This document shows, piece by piece, positions 1-9,450 of a stretch of DNA of 34,145 bases; the first letter of the stretch is position 1, and the number at the start of each line of letters is the position of its first letter. This stretch comes from a virus (taxonomy: Duplodnaviria > Caudoviricetes). The position numbers were made by a program, and so were the translations under genes. The DNA is taken from IMG/VR virus record IMGVR_UViG_3300020200_000088, positions 1 to 34,145 of that record, one strand, 5' to 3'. Under the pieces are notes generated by a model that was given only the letters and a program-made list of their open reading frames with translations, was not told where the DNA came from and did no database searches.

Positions 1-505
1 TTAGTTGAGCAAGCTCTGCTGGATTGCCGTCAGTTAGAATTTTTGCAAGCTTTTCTTTAAATCCTTCTTCTTCTTCTACTTTACCAAACTTTGTGTTACG
101 AATTTGTGAAAGAGCGTTTTCTTTTACCTTTTTCAAGGTTTCTTGTGCTCCTTTGATTTGTTTTAAATAAGAGTTAACAAGTGATTGAGCTTTTGTTAGA
201 CCAGCAATTGTGGCGGCGTCAAATTTTGTTACACCTTTTACTGTTGGTTGTGATTCGCCTGTTGCACCGGCTCGCCCGCCAGCAACTGCACCACGAATGC
301 CACCAGCAACTGCACTACCTGCGCCTCTTATAGCAGCGCCAGCACCAGCTAAACCACCAGCAGCACTTGCTTTAGCGCCACGGAGAAAATCCATAACACC
401 TTCTTCAAGCTCTTCTTTTTCTTCAGAGGTCATCTCATGATAACCTTCCATTTGTTCAATTTCTTCTTTGATGATTCTATGAAGTTGTTTTTGTGTGATA
501 GCCAT
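1..505 (-). CDS. Hypothetical protein, 3'-partial (MAITQKQLHRIIKEEIEQMEG...), Gly/Ala-rich; possible head-internal protein
   Basis: Not in ORF track because it runs off the window. ATG at 505 with upstream AAGGAG; frame open to base 1; LxxIIKEE leader; TACTTA motif at 543-548. Confidence 0.8.
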   Translation of the reverse strand, partial: MAITQKQLHRIIKEEIEQMEGYHEMTSEEKEELEEGVMDFLRGAKASAAGGLAGAGAAIRGAGSAVAGGIRGAVAGGRAGATGESQPTVKGVTKFDAATIAGLTKAQSLVNSYLKQIKGAQETLKKVKENALSQIRNTKFGKVEEEEGFKEKLAKILTDGNPAELAQL

Positions 506-567
506 TTCTATATTCTCCTTTGAATTAAAAATAATTCAAGTATAAGTACGTCTTGTTAGTTGTTTTC

Positions 568-1218
568 TTATCTTTTGGACGGAGTTTTTATTTTTGTAGC
601 AAGAGTGTCAATAAACTGAGTGTTTGTTGTTAAGTCTTTTGAAATGGAAGCGGCTAAATTTTTTGAATCTTTTGCGTTTTGAGCAGAATTTGCCGGAACA
701 ACACCGGCAGGTTTTGATGGACTTGTAGGTTTTGTCCCAGATGTACTAGTTGTTGCTTCGTTAATGCTTATTTTCTGTTCTTCTTCGACCAGAGGAGGTG
801 CTGGAGTATAAAAGTTCCAAGCCAAATACTCTTCCAGTATTTCTTCATTTAGGCTATCGATGTTAGTTGCTTCAATTTCTTGAAGTTGGAGCTGTTTTTG
901 AGATTGAATTTCAGCTGTTGGTTCTACTAGCATTGATTCATCTAAACGTTTGCGTTTTGTGTTTAATTTCAATGCTTCTTCGGTGATAATTGAAGGATTT
1001 TTTTCAAAAGCAAACAAGTCGTTTGGAGTTATAAAATTGAATGGAAGACTCCATTCGTCGAGCAAGTCTGCATCTTTTAAAATTTGCTTTGTTTCATGAA
1101 TTAGAATATCGTAATCTTTAACAGCATCAACGGTAAAGTTTTTAGGATATTTTTTAATTCCTTCCATTAGAACATTTTTTGTTTGTCTTGCAAAGAAGTT
1201 AAAGTTTTTTTCAGACAT
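568..1218 (-). CDS. Hypothetical acidic protein with several LxE motifs and a Ser/Thr/Pro-rich tail
   Basis: 216-aa ORF, co-oriented with neighbours. Confidence 0.7.
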   Translation of the reverse strand: MSEKNFNFFARQTKNVLMEGIKKYPKNFTVDAVKDYDILIHETKQILKDADLLDEWSLPFNFITPNDLFAFEKNPSIITEEALKLNTKRKRLDESMLVEPTAEIQSQKQLQLQEIEATNIDSLNEEILEEYLAWNFYTPAPPLVEEEQKISINEATTSTSGTKPTSPSKPAGVVPANSAQNAKDSKNLAASISKDLTTNTQFIDTLATKIKTPSKR

Positions 1219-1247
1219 TTCAGTAAGCCTTTCTGGTGTTGACTAAG

Positions 1248-1595
1248 TTAAATATTCTTTTTGTCAACAAGTTTTTGAACATTTTGTTGGATGCTATCGA
1301 TGCCTGTTTGAAGATTTTCGATATTTTCTGATGATTGCAAATTTTGCACATTTTTATATATTTGATCGAGTTTTTGGTCGTTTTTGGTTGTTTGGCTACC
1401 TGCTGCTGGTTTTGCACCGCTGGTGCTCAAACTATTAGTAGAAACTTCTTTTTGTGTTTTTTCTAATCGATTTCCTATTTTATCGAATTCTGGTTTTAAT
1501 ACATCTCCTACGGCCATGGCTAAATCTTTTGGATCTACCATAGAGTTAGAATCATTTTCTTCAAATAGAATAGGGTATAGCTTTATGTATTTCAT
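1248..1595 (-). CDS. Hypothetical coiled-coil protein (N-terminal ILFEE motif)
   Basis: 115-aa ORF; leader resembles those of other minus-strand genes. Confidence 0.7.
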   Translation of the reverse strand: MKYIKLYPILFEENDSNSMVDPKDLAMAVGDVLKPEFDKIGNRLEKTQKEVSTNSLSTSGAKPAAGSQTTKNDQKLDQIYKNVQNLQSSENIENLQTGIDSIQQNVQKLVDKKNI

Positions 1596-1669
1596 TTGAC
1601 TATAGATAGTTGATAGCTTTATGTTATTTTTGTTGTATGCTATTGTGACACTGATAAAGGAGCAAAGAT

Positions 1670-2299
1670 ATGTTCGAACTTCAATCTAAAAATTCGAATC
1701 TTTCGAAGCCAGAGATTAACGAGTCTGGGGAAGTGACTGTAAAGTACAAGTCACCAAACATCATTTATGTGAATAAGTTCAACGAAGAAGCAGCTAAAGA
1801 GTTTGTTGAAGCAATGGTGAATGCACAAAATACAGGTCAATCGATTATTCCTATTGTGATTGATTCATATGGTGGAGAGGTATATTCTCTTTTGAAGATG
1901 ATTGATATGATTAAGTCATCTACGGTACCTGTTGCAACCATTTGTATGGGTAAAGCTATGTCTTGCGGCGCTGTGTTGCTTACTTGTGGAGCAGAGGGTC
2001 ATAGATACATGGCACCAACAGCCACTGTCATGATTCACGATGTTGCCACATTTGCGTTTGGCAAGTGTGAAGAAATCAAAGCAGAAGCCAAAGAAATTGA
2101 ACGCCTTAACAAGTTGATCTTTAAGGTCATGGCAGACAACTGCGGTAAAGAAGCTTCTTATTTTTCAAAGCTTGTTCATGAGCATGGTCATGCTGATTGG
2201 TTCCTTGACGCAGAGGAATGCAAGAAACACAACATGGTAAATCACCTTCGTATTCCAAAGGTGAAGTTGGCTTTTGATGTTGATATGACTTTTGGATGA
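1670..2299 (+). CDS. clpP: ClpP-family serine protease subunit
   Basis: IDSYGGEV, GKAMSCG (catalytic Ser), MIHD (His) and WFLDAEEC motifs; AAGGAG RBS. Confidence 0.92.
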   Translation: MFELQSKNSNLSKPEINESGEVTVKYKSPNIIYVNKFNEEAAKEFVEAMVNAQNTGQSIIPIVIDSYGGEVYSLLKMIDMIKSSTVPVATICMGKAMSCGAVLLTCGAEGHRYMAPTATVMIHDVATFAFGKCEEIKAEAKEIERLNKLIFKVMADNCGKEASYFSKLVHEHGHADWFLDAEECKKHNMVNHLRIPKVKLAFDVDMTFG

Positions 2300-2333
2300 A
2301 AAAAGGTATTAAACACCGAGACTTCTGTACTTA

Positions 2334-2951
2334 TCAAAATTCTCTATGACGATGATTGCGTCTGAATGTAAAACCTTCTTGTAAAGGTTCTGCTGACTCT
2401 GGCACAACAATTACGTAGTTACCTGCCCACTCCGATGCTCTTGGTAAATCTTTGCCGGGAAATGCGCTGAGAATTATATACTCATTTGGAAGTGGCTTGC
2501 CAGATGCATCTTTTTTAGGACGAACAATTACAGTTAGTTGATCTGTTACAAATTGACTCAATGGTGCAGAAGTTTTTACCATTGGTACAGTTACTTTATT
2601 TGGCCCTTCAACTTTTTCTGTTTCTCCCATTTGTGCATCTGGTAAATTTTGTGCTTCTTCCTTTGTTACAACAAGATCATAACCTATTCCACCAACGTTA
2701 GATTTTAGTGTTCCTGTAGTAGAAGCAATCTGTGGAATTTTATCGGATTGATCCTTGATAAGATCCATTACTATATCTTTAACTGAATTTGGATCTTTAA
2801 AAATAGAACCTTGACCGGGTGTTCCGTGTACTGTTTGCAATTTACTTTCTAACCAAGATGGAAATTCAACTTGAGGCTCGTTAGACGTATTTTGTGATTC
2901 GATATTCTCAAACAAGTAACTTACAAATTGTTTTGTTGATTTAAAACGCAT
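2334..2951 (-). CDS. Hypothetical protein (YLFEN leader; H...GSIF and SAFPG motifs)
   Basis: 205-aa ORF, AAGGAG RBS, TATTTA motif at 2971-2976. Confidence 0.75.
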   Translation of the reverse strand: MRFKSTKQFVSYLFENIESQNTSNEPQVEFPSWLESKLQTVHGTPGQGSIFKDPNSVKDIVMDLIKDQSDKIPQIASTTGTLKSNVGGIGYDLVVTKEEAQNLPDAQMGETEKVEGPNKVTVPMVKTSAPLSQFVTDQLTVIVRPKKDASGKPLPNEYIILSAFPGKDLPRASEWAGNYVIVVPESAEPLQEGFTFRRNHRHREF

Positions 2952-2975
2952 ATGATATACTCCTTTAAAGTAAAT

Positions 2976-3512
2976 ATGTGTATTATATCAATCATTGCCG
3001 CAAAATCTCAAAACAATGTTATAGGCAACAACAACCAACTTCCTTGGTATCTACCTTCTGACTTAAAACAGTTTAAACAGCTAACACAAAACTCTGTTGT
3101 TATTATGGGAAGGAAAACCTATGAGAGCATTGGTAAACCCCTCCCAAACCGTTTAAACGTCGTTATAAGCTCTCAAAAGGATTTAAACGTAGCAGAAGGT
3201 GTTGTTGTTGTTGCAAGCCCTGTAGAGGCTATAAAAGCTTCTAGAGTTATGTGTTTGGAAAAAGGTATAGAAAACGTTTGGATTATTGGTGGAGCTGGAA
3301 TATATCAACAATTTATCAAGCGTGCAGACAAAATGATTATCACGACAATCAGCAAAGATTGCAATGGCGACACAATGTTTCCACTCTTTAAACGTGAGCT
3401 TTGGGAGCTTAAGCAATGTACAACTCATAGAGATGAATCTGGATATTTGCTTGAGAAACCAGAAGAGCTTGGGTTAGACTATACAATAGAAGAATACGAA
3501 AGGATCTTTTGA
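2976..3512 (+). CDS. folA: Dihydrofolate reductase
   Basis: IAA...NNVIG...LPW-LPSDLKQFK, VIMGRKTYESI, PLPNRLN, IIGGAGIY, GDTMFP motifs; start more likely 2976 than 2952. Confidence 0.95.
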   Translation: MCIISIIAAKSQNNVIGNNNQLPWYLPSDLKQFKQLTQNSVVIMGRKTYESIGKPLPNRLNVVISSQKDLNVAEGVVVVASPVEAIKASRVMCLEKGIENVWIIGGAGIYQQFIKRADKMIITTISKDCNGDTMFPLFKRELWELKQCTTHRDESGYLLEKPEELGLDYTIEEYERIF

Positions 3513-3513
3513 A

Positions 3514-3954
3514 ATGACCGCAAAATCATTTGTAGAACTAGCAGCAGGGATCGGAGAGCTTGTAGAGAATAAAAACAAAGCTTATGGCTCGGCTTTTGAT
3601 CGTGCCGGAGACTTTCTAAAAGTCTTATATCCAGAAGGAATTAAGCCCGATCAATACAAGGATATGCTTTGTATTGTTCGTGTGTTTGACAAGCTTATGC
3701 GTATTGCAACAAGTTATGAAGGCACAGAAGAAAAAAAGGTTGATGCTTATTCAGATTTGATGGGTTATGGTCTATTGGGCCTTAGAGCTTCATTGCAAGA
3801 ACAAGAAATAGTCAAGAAAGAGAAAAATCCAAGCACAGATACTATACCATATAATTCCGGTGTTCTAAAACAACTAACTCAAGAATCCCACGATCCAGCA
3901 AAACTAACAAGAGAAAACATTCATGAATATAGAATGAAAGTTGAATCAAAATGA
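3514..3954 (+). CDS. DUF1599 / nucleotide-modification-associated domain 1-like protein
   Basis: KNKAYG...RVFDKLMRI...DAYSDLMGYGLL pattern. Confidence 0.7.
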   Translation: MTAKSFVELAAGIGELVENKNKAYGSAFDRAGDFLKVLYPEGIKPDQYKDMLCIVRVFDKLMRIATSYEGTEEKKVDAYSDLMGYGLLGLRASLQEQEIVKKEKNPSTDTIPYNSGVLKQLTQESHDPAKLTRENIHEYRMKVESK

Positions 3955-4169
3955 AAGTGTTAAACGAAAAAGTTATTGGCATAAGAGGACAGTGGGTGCT
4001 TAAAGCAAGATATGTTCAATATCATACCAAAGAGCATGGCAAACACTATCGTCCAGAAATCGTGTTTGAGAAGATGGGCAATGATGATACAGGATTTGCT
4101 TTAGAAGACTTGCAGCAAATCGCTATAGCTCTTCAAAAGTTTGCCGAAGAAAACTATCATAGAGGATAA
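3951..4169 (+). CDS. Hypothetical protein
   Basis: 72-aa ORF with ATGA overlap to the upstream gene, followed by a hairpin. Confidence 0.7.
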   Translation: MKVLNEKVIGIRGQWVLKARYVQYHTKEHGKHYRPEIVFEKMGNDDTGFALEDLQQIAIALQKFAEENYHRG

Positions 4170-4174
4170 ATAAC

Positions 4175-4206
4175 AAGCCGGGAATGTAGAAATGCTTCCC
4201 GGCTTT
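4175..4206 (+). terminator. Probable intrinsic terminator hairpin
   Basis: AAGCCGGGAA...TTCCCGGCTT inverted repeat directly after the operon. Confidence 0.6.
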
Positions 4207-4241
4207 ATCATATGTAAGATACAACCCTTACAATGATATAT

Positions 4242-5207
4242 ATGAATTTTTACGAAGCATTAGGTGTAAACAAAACAGCTACACCAGAAGAAATCAAAAA
4301 AGCATTTAGATCCAAAGCACTGCAATATCATCCCGATAGAAATCCAAACAATCCAGAAGCAGAAGCCAAGTTCAAAGAAATAAACAGCGCCTATGAAACA
4401 TTAGGCGATCCAGAGAAACGCCAAGTATACGATTGTCAACAAGAACAAGTAAACATACCAAAACCAAATTTTATTTCTCCAGAAGCAATGTTCAATGACT
4501 TGTTTAGTAGATTCTCCGCATACGCCCACCAACGAGTTTTACCACAACACAAAGCTGCGGTAACAATATTATTGGCAGAAAGTCTTTTCGAGCAAGAGCG
4601 TTGTGTGCCTATAACAATCAGACTAAAATGTTCTAAATGTCATGGTGCTGCCGTAGGAAAGGGAAGAAGATGTGGTTCTTGTGGTGGGAATGGATGTGAT
4701 TTGTGTGTAGGAACCGGGGTAAGATATGCTACTTGCGAACAATGCAAAGGTGCTGGAGCAACAGAAGAAATCAAAGAAGTAAAGATAATAATACCAAGAG
4801 GTATATTCGCAAACACACAACTGCAATCGAACACACCATATGGCCCTGTTGTAACAGCTATTTCTGTTACATGTCCAGAGAATATAAAACTTGGTGTTGG
4901 AGGTAGGTTGGTTATGAGTGTTGGTATACCTTATCACGTTGCTGTGCTTGGCGGTATACGCAAGATTGATTTGTTGGAAGGTGGTAAGGTGAGCGTTAAA
5001 TTTCCGCCGCTAAAAAACACAAACCAAATGATTAAAATCAAAGGCAAAGGCTTGTATACTTCACCTTATGAAACTGAACGTGGAGATTTGTTCTTGTCTC
5101 CCTATGTGGAGATTCCAGAAAATATATCAGATGAACATAAAACAATCCTGGTGCAGCTAGCCAATCTATACAGCAGAGAGGTATCAAAAAATGACTCAAC
5201 AATATAA
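4242..5207 (+). CDS. dnaJ: DnaJ co-chaperone (J domain, CxxCxG zinc repeats, C-terminal domain)
   Basis: YHPDRN HPD motif, four CxxCxG repeats, IKGKGL...RGDL; start at MNFYEALG (ORF track start 4233). Confidence 0.9.
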   Translation: MNFYEALGVNKTATPEEIKKAFRSKALQYHPDRNPNNPEAEAKFKEINSAYETLGDPEKRQVYDCQQEQVNIPKPNFISPEAMFNDLFSRFSAYAHQRVLPQHKAAVTILLAESLFEQERCVPITIRLKCSKCHGAAVGKGRRCGSCGGNGCDLCVGTGVRYATCEQCKGAGATEEIKEVKIIIPRGIFANTQLQSNTPYGPVVTAISVTCPENIKLGVGGRLVMSVGIPYHVAVLGGIRKIDLLEGGKVSVKFPPLKNTNQMIKIKGKGLYTSPYETERGDLFLSPYVEIPENISDEHKTILVQLANLYSREVSKNDSTI

Positions 5208-5436
5208 CCTAAGCGACGAGTTTATTGCACAGCTAGCCAAGCTTTTACAAATGGCATTACTAACAGGAACTAACCTAGCAGACAACCTACGTCTTGTTAG
5301 AGTGTCACTAACTGAAGTTGGAACTGTTGTGCTAACTGAAGAATACAAGAAAAACTTCGAGGCTAACATCGAAAAGATGCTAGCCGAAGCTGAAGCGATT
5401 AAGGAAGATATGCGGAGTAATATTGCTTCGAACTAA
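5191..5436 (+). CDS. Hypothetical protein
   Basis: 81-aa ORF, GAGG RBS, overlaps dnaJ end. Confidence 0.75.
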   Translation: MTQQYNLSDEFIAQLAKLLQMALLTGTNLADNLRLVRVSLTEVGTVVLTEEYKKNFEANIEKMLAEAEAIKEDMRSNIASN

Positions 5437-5447
5437 ACAGATATTAC

Positions 5448-5603
5448 TTATCTGTTGGAAGCTTTGTTGGCTTCAATAGGCAACGCCACGTTAAAACTCA
5501 AAAGTCCACCAATCACAATAGCTGTTTTTATAAAATCCTTTAGCCCATCATTCATTTTCATATACATCTTACGAATGTTAACAACATTAGCTTCTTTAAT
5601 CAT
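5448..5603 (-). CDS. Small protein (51 aa) with a hydrophobic segment, MIKEANVVNIRK...
   Basis: Not in ORF track. ATG 5603 with AGGAG RBS, TAA at 5448, TATTTA motif at 5617-5622. Confidence 0.6.
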   Translation of the reverse strand: MIKEANVVNIRKMYMKMNDGLKDFIKTAIVIGGLLSFNVALPIEANKASNR

Positions 5604-5624
5604 TGTTTCTCCTGTGTAAATAGC

Positions 5625-5655
5625 AAAAGATCCTGATGGACTATCAGGATCTTTT
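5625..5655. terminator. Intrinsic terminator, possibly bidirectional
   Basis: Perfect 13-bp stem AAAAGATCCTGAT/ATCAGGATCTTTT with A/T tracts on both sides. Confidence 0.75.
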
Positions 5656-5679
5656 TTGTCTTTAAAGGTTTAGGATTGG

Positions 5680-5784
5680 TTAGTTTGACTCTACATCACC
5701 ATCATTTCCGAAAAGAAAGAAAAGCACACCAAGCAAAATACCCACAGGGACCATTCCCAAGATAACAAACGTTTCAAGAATCAT
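5680..5784 (-). CDS. Small single-TM membrane protein (34 aa, MILETFVILG...)
   Basis: ATG 5784 with AAAGG RBS just after the upstream gene's stop; one hydrophobic helix. Confidence 0.55.
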   Translation of the reverse strand: MILETFVILGMVPVGILLGVLFFLFGNDGDVESN

Positions 5785-5795
5785 ATATCTACCTT

Positions 5796-6908
5796 TCAGT
5801 AACGAGGAAAACGACGAGCATAATAGCCTCGACGTGTGAGGTTCCGACCATAGCCACTCCACGTCGGTTGACGAGCAGGAGTTTCACCACCAGCAGCTTC
5901 AAGGATATCATAGTGCCCGCCAAGGTGCTCCACAATCTTCGCCTTGTGCTGATTCTGAATCGACCAGAGCTTGCTAGCCTTGTCAAACGACCGCTCCTTA
6001 TAAGGAATGGACTTAATCACACCAATAAGAAGAGGGAAAGCAATCTTATCCCAAGCAAAACCAAGAGTGAAGTCGCTGGTACGATTCACGATATTGGCAA
6101 CAGGCTTTCCAGAAAGCTTCTTCTGTGCAGCAGCCGCAACAGGATTAGCAGCAATCCATGCCTTGCACTGGTCAACAATCTCGTCTACCTTGCCATCAAA
6201 GCACGGCCAGAACTCCATGCACGCAGCGATAAACTTCTCCCACTGACCAGCAGGAGCCTCATAAGCCCCGCCACCACGCTTGCGAGGCACGACGATACCG
6301 GGAATCACACGCATAGCGTTGAATCCTGCCTTATTGCTGGCACCTGAGAGAAACAGCTTGCCATTATCAAACTTGAGCTCTGCATCACCAGTAGAGCTCT
6401 GGCCAGCGAGAACACCGGCAAGGCCAATGAAACCAAGATGCTTTACAATCTGAATAAGATGATGCTTGTTATCACGATCGATCGAGAAAGAAAGCATGAA
6501 ATCGATTACCTTAGCAATCTGACGGCAATCCTCACCAGAGAATTGAAACGTAAACGTTCCGGCATTGCTAGCACTCATGGCAGCTTCACTCTTCTCAAAG
6601 AGAAGTTCATAAAGGGCAGTCCAAACAGGTTGAAGACTAGCAGGAAGCATATCACGCTTAACGCCGATTGCATGAATGGTAGCAAGAGGAAAGTTAGCCG
6701 CAATGGTTTTAGCGAAAAGATGCGTATCCTTACGAGCACAAATCGGCCCAATACCCCGCTCCCACGAAGCGGGATCCTTAAGAGGAAGATTACAACGGCT
6801 GCAATGACGTACATCGTTGCATGAACGGGTGATTCCGCCGAGCGAAGCAATAAGCTTCACGAGCTTGTTGGAATTGACGGCAGTGGACTTGGTGGTCTTC
6901 GTCTTCAT
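5796..6908 (-). CDS. DUF6011-like zinc-ribbon protein with HARP-like C-terminal region; probable early gene
   Basis: CSRCNLPLKDPASWERGIGPIC motif; KSIP...RSFDKASKLWSI; visibly GC-richer than its flanks. Confidence 0.7.
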   Translation of the reverse strand: MKTKTTKSTAVNSNKLVKLIASLGGITRSCNDVRHCSRCNLPLKDPASWERGIGPICARKDTHLFAKTIAANFPLATIHAIGVKRDMLPASLQPVWTALYELLFEKSEAAMSASNAGTFTFQFSGEDCRQIAKVIDFMLSFSIDRDNKHHLIQIVKHLGFIGLAGVLAGQSSTGDAELKFDNGKLFLSGASNKAGFNAMRVIPGIVVPRKRGGGAYEAPAGQWEKFIAACMEFWPCFDGKVDEIVDQCKAWIAANPVAAAAQKKLSGKPVANIVNRTSDFTLGFAWDKIAFPLLIGVIKSIPYKERSFDKASKLWSIQNQHKAKIVEHLGGHYDILEAAGGETPARQPTWSGYGRNLTRRGYYARRFPRY

Positions 6909-6914
6909 GCTATT

Positions 6915-6943
6915 AGAATAACATACAACATGGAATATCTAAA
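6915..6943 (-). promoter_or_regulatory. Sigma70-like promoter TTTAGA-N17-TATTCT with extended -10
   Basis: Same architecture as the site at 33699-33727; ATG lies 6 nt after the -10. Confidence 0.55.
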
Positions 6944-6964
6944 GTTATTTTCTCTTTTTTTATT

Positions 6965-8152
6965 TTAGCTTGTTTGCTGCGGCAAAAACACGTTCCAGAT
7001 GTTACGTTTTGCTGTTCTTATTCTTTTAAACCCAAGAGATACAAGTTTCTTTCCAAGAAGCTGTGGCTTGTAGTTGGACACAAACTCTGTATGACCTTTA
7101 GAGCTCATATAAGCCTTTCTAGCGTCAAGTATTTGCTCCAGCGAGCAACCCTTGGTTGACTTTGGAGAAGCGACCAATAAACCAAAGAATTCGTTGTCGA
7201 GGGTGTTTAATGTGTTGAGCAAATCTTTTGGTGGGCTTTTGGTTTTATAGTTCTTCTTTAACCAAGCAACATATTGTTCGTTGATTTTTTCATGGTTATT
7301 GTTGTATGCTGGGTAAGTCATAACAGAGCTAATGATTGATGTTAGTTCGTTACGAAACGTTTGTGGATTTTCAAAACGTTTAAGATAGGTTCTTGAGTTG
7401 GTTTCTAGATTTGATTTGAGACAACCTTTAGCCCGATCAGAAGATAGCAAACGATGCATTACAACGTTTCTTACTCCTTCTGGTACAAGAGTTGTTTGCA
7501 TCCTATCTCTAACAGAGGAAATAGGTTGTGTCACCCACAAGCTATGTTGGGTTGTTAACGGTGATGTTTTTGCTTTGATCTTTTTAGGCACGATATTTGG
7601 TTGTGGTTTTTCTAGCAACACAGAAAGAATATCGTTTGGTAAATCAGTAATATCTACGTTGTTGATGGTATTATAGATTCCCTTTTTGTGTTTGCTGGGA
7701 GGGATAACAACATAGCCGTCTGTGCCTCTTACATCTACTTTATCGGCAAGAAGAGATACAGAGTTTTTGATTGGGTATTTACTCCAAAACCAAAAATGCC
7801 ACCCACCACTTCCTGTTCTATAAGAGAACGTATTTGGAAGTGTTTGAATATATGGGTGTTCTGCTGCATCAACATCAATAACAACAAGATACTTGTTAGT
7901 GACTTTGGACAGTCTACCAGTAGCAAGACCAAAGTTCATTTTACTGTATGATTCAAACCAATCCAGCACTTTGTCTGCTTTGTTGGATGCAATGATTTTC
8001 CAGTTGTAACGGAAAAGAGGATGTTTACCGGGAGCGGCACAATCTTCTTTGCCGCAAGAACATATACCTTCTCTAATGGAATATAGGGGAAGAATATACA
8101 GTTCATTTTTTAAAATGATGTCGGAGATTGTTGCAATAGATTGTTGCTGCAT
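6965..8152 (-). CDS. Bifunctional DNA primase/polymerase (Prim-Pol) N-terminal domain protein
   Basis: CSCG...C..PGKHP, NFGLATG, VVIDVD, TGSGGWH, DVRGTDGYVVIPPS motifs; start uncertain (8152, 8170 or 8185). Confidence 0.88.
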   Translation of the reverse strand: MQQQSIATISDIILKNELYILPLYSIREGICSCGKEDCAAPGKHPLFRYNWKIIASNKADKVLDWFESYSKMNFGLATGRLSKVTNKYLVVIDVDAAEHPYIQTLPNTFSYRTGSGGWHFWFWSKYPIKNSVSLLADKVDVRGTDGYVVIPPSKHKKGIYNTINNVDITDLPNDILSVLLEKPQPNIVPKKIKAKTSPLTTQHSLWVTQPISSVRDRMQTTLVPEGVRNVVMHRLLSSDRAKGCLKSNLETNSRTYLKRFENPQTFRNELTSIISSVMTYPAYNNNHEKINEQYVAWLKKNYKTKSPPKDLLNTLNTLDNEFFGLLVASPKSTKGCSLEQILDARKAYMSSKGHTEFVSNYKPQLLGKKLVSLGFKRIRTAKRNIWNVFLPQQTS

Positions 8153-8190
8153 GGAACAAGTATAATCCATGATATTCAGGAACAAAACGT

Positions 8191-8412
8191 TTAAGTTGTT
8201 GAGGTACCTTCAATCACTGCACCAGATGGGATGCTACCTAAACTGGTTGTTGTTCCTCTAACTCCTGTTAGTAAAACCCTATAAAAGTATGTGATTACAG
8301 CAGCTGCACCTGCTTGTTGCAGTGTGAGTGTAGCGCCCGCATTTCTCTTTTTGCTTCCACCAGTTAACAAATCAACTGTGGGAGTTAATGTTGTACCAAG
8401 ATGTGTTGACAT
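8191..8412 (-). CDS. Small hypothetical protein, probably virion-associated
   Basis: 73-aa ORF at the end of the structural-like run. Confidence 0.6.
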   Translation of the reverse strand: MSTHLGTTLTPTVDLLTGGSKKRNAGATLTLQQAGAAAVITYFYRVLLTGVRGTTTSLGSIPSGAVIEGTSTT

Positions 8413-8424
8413 ATGTTAATCTCA

Positions 8425-9411
8425 TCAAATAGATGGTGTTGAAGAATCCCAAGGAAACCACCATCCAGCACAATATATGTAATATCTAGAAGTTGCATCC
8501 AAAGTTTGACCGCTTGTTCTTGTAGACGTTAATGTTGTTCCATAACGAATATGTTGCCCATATCCCCAAAAACCTGAATATGTGGCCCCACTTCCAACAC
8601 TTCTGCCATAAGGAACTAAAATAACTGTTTCTTTACTGTCATATGGACTCACATTTAAAGTATGGGCGCTGTTGTCAACAGGTGGGGACCAACTCGCACC
8701 GGTCTGTATCTCAATAAGATAAGACGCTATACTAGGTTGATTTGCTGGTGTAGACATATTGTGTCTAACACGTTTCATATGTCGGCCATATTGATTTGAC
8801 AAACTAGTAAGATAATCAAAGGTTCTACCTTCACCTACTGCATAGCCAGTGCTGTAATAGTTTGCATAAGATACGACTGGATCTTGGTCTAATGTATTAA
8901 AGCTCCCAGAAAGTAGTGGCTCATCGTATAGTATTGTGGATACGTTTCCTCCAGCAAGAGGAACGTTAAAAGCATACCAAGAAGAACTGATGTTTTCTGC
9001 ATTGGCAACAATGGAACTTGAGACAACCGACACAAGCCAGTTGCCAATGTTGGCTTTAAAAAAAACTTCATTATTAACCAGTGTTGCAGCCGCATCATCA
9101 GCAGGAGGTGTTGTTGCATTTACTGAGCCAGACATTCCTGCTTTGCTACGTTTTACGGTCCAAGTTGTATTTGCTGAACCTCGTTGGAAAGACCACTGAC
9201 GAGTGTCATCTGGGGCAACAACTGTAAACCAAGCATTTGTTGTTTCAAGCATTGCACCGCTGGTTAATATATCTCCGCTAGCATCAAATATAACAGCATT
9301 TGAAGAGCCAGAAATTTTCCATCCAGAAGCAGACAAAGCTTGTTTGAGATTAAACATTGCTTCGCTACCGCTAACTATTTGATATGCATATGCGTCTACT
9401 GTGTATGCCAT
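8425..9411 (-). CDS. Putative virion structural / receptor-binding protein
   Basis: 328 aa, Ser/Thr/Gly/aromatic-rich, beta-type composition; genomic context. Confidence 0.6.
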   Translation of the reverse strand: MAYTVDAYAYQIVSGSEAMFNLKQALSASGWKISGSSNAVIFDASGDILTSGAMLETTNAWFTVVAPDDTRQWSFQRGSANTTWTVKRSKAGMSGSVNATTPPADDAAATLVNNEVFFKANIGNWLVSVVSSSIVANAENISSSWYAFNVPLAGGNVSTILYDEPLLSGSFNTLDQDPVVSYANYYSTGYAVGEGRTFDYLTSLSNQYGRHMKRVRHNMSTPANQPSIASYLIEIQTGASWSPPVDNSAHTLNVSPYDSKETVILVPYGRSVGSGATYSGFWGYGQHIRYGTTLTSTRTSGQTLDATSRYYIYCAGWWFPWDSSTPSI

Positions 9412-9450
9412 TTTGTTACCTTTTATATCCTTTTGTAGTTAACTAGTAAA

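Noticed and set aside
210-440. Pro/Ala-rich plus-strand ORF and other antisense or overlapping short ORFs in the track
   Set aside because: Shadows of better-supported genes on the opposite strand or frame (here the Gly/Ala-rich 1-505 gene)
2976-3512. Mobile trimethoprim-resistance dfr cassette
   Set aside because: No attC site, integron or IS context; an ordinary phage-type DHFR is sufficient
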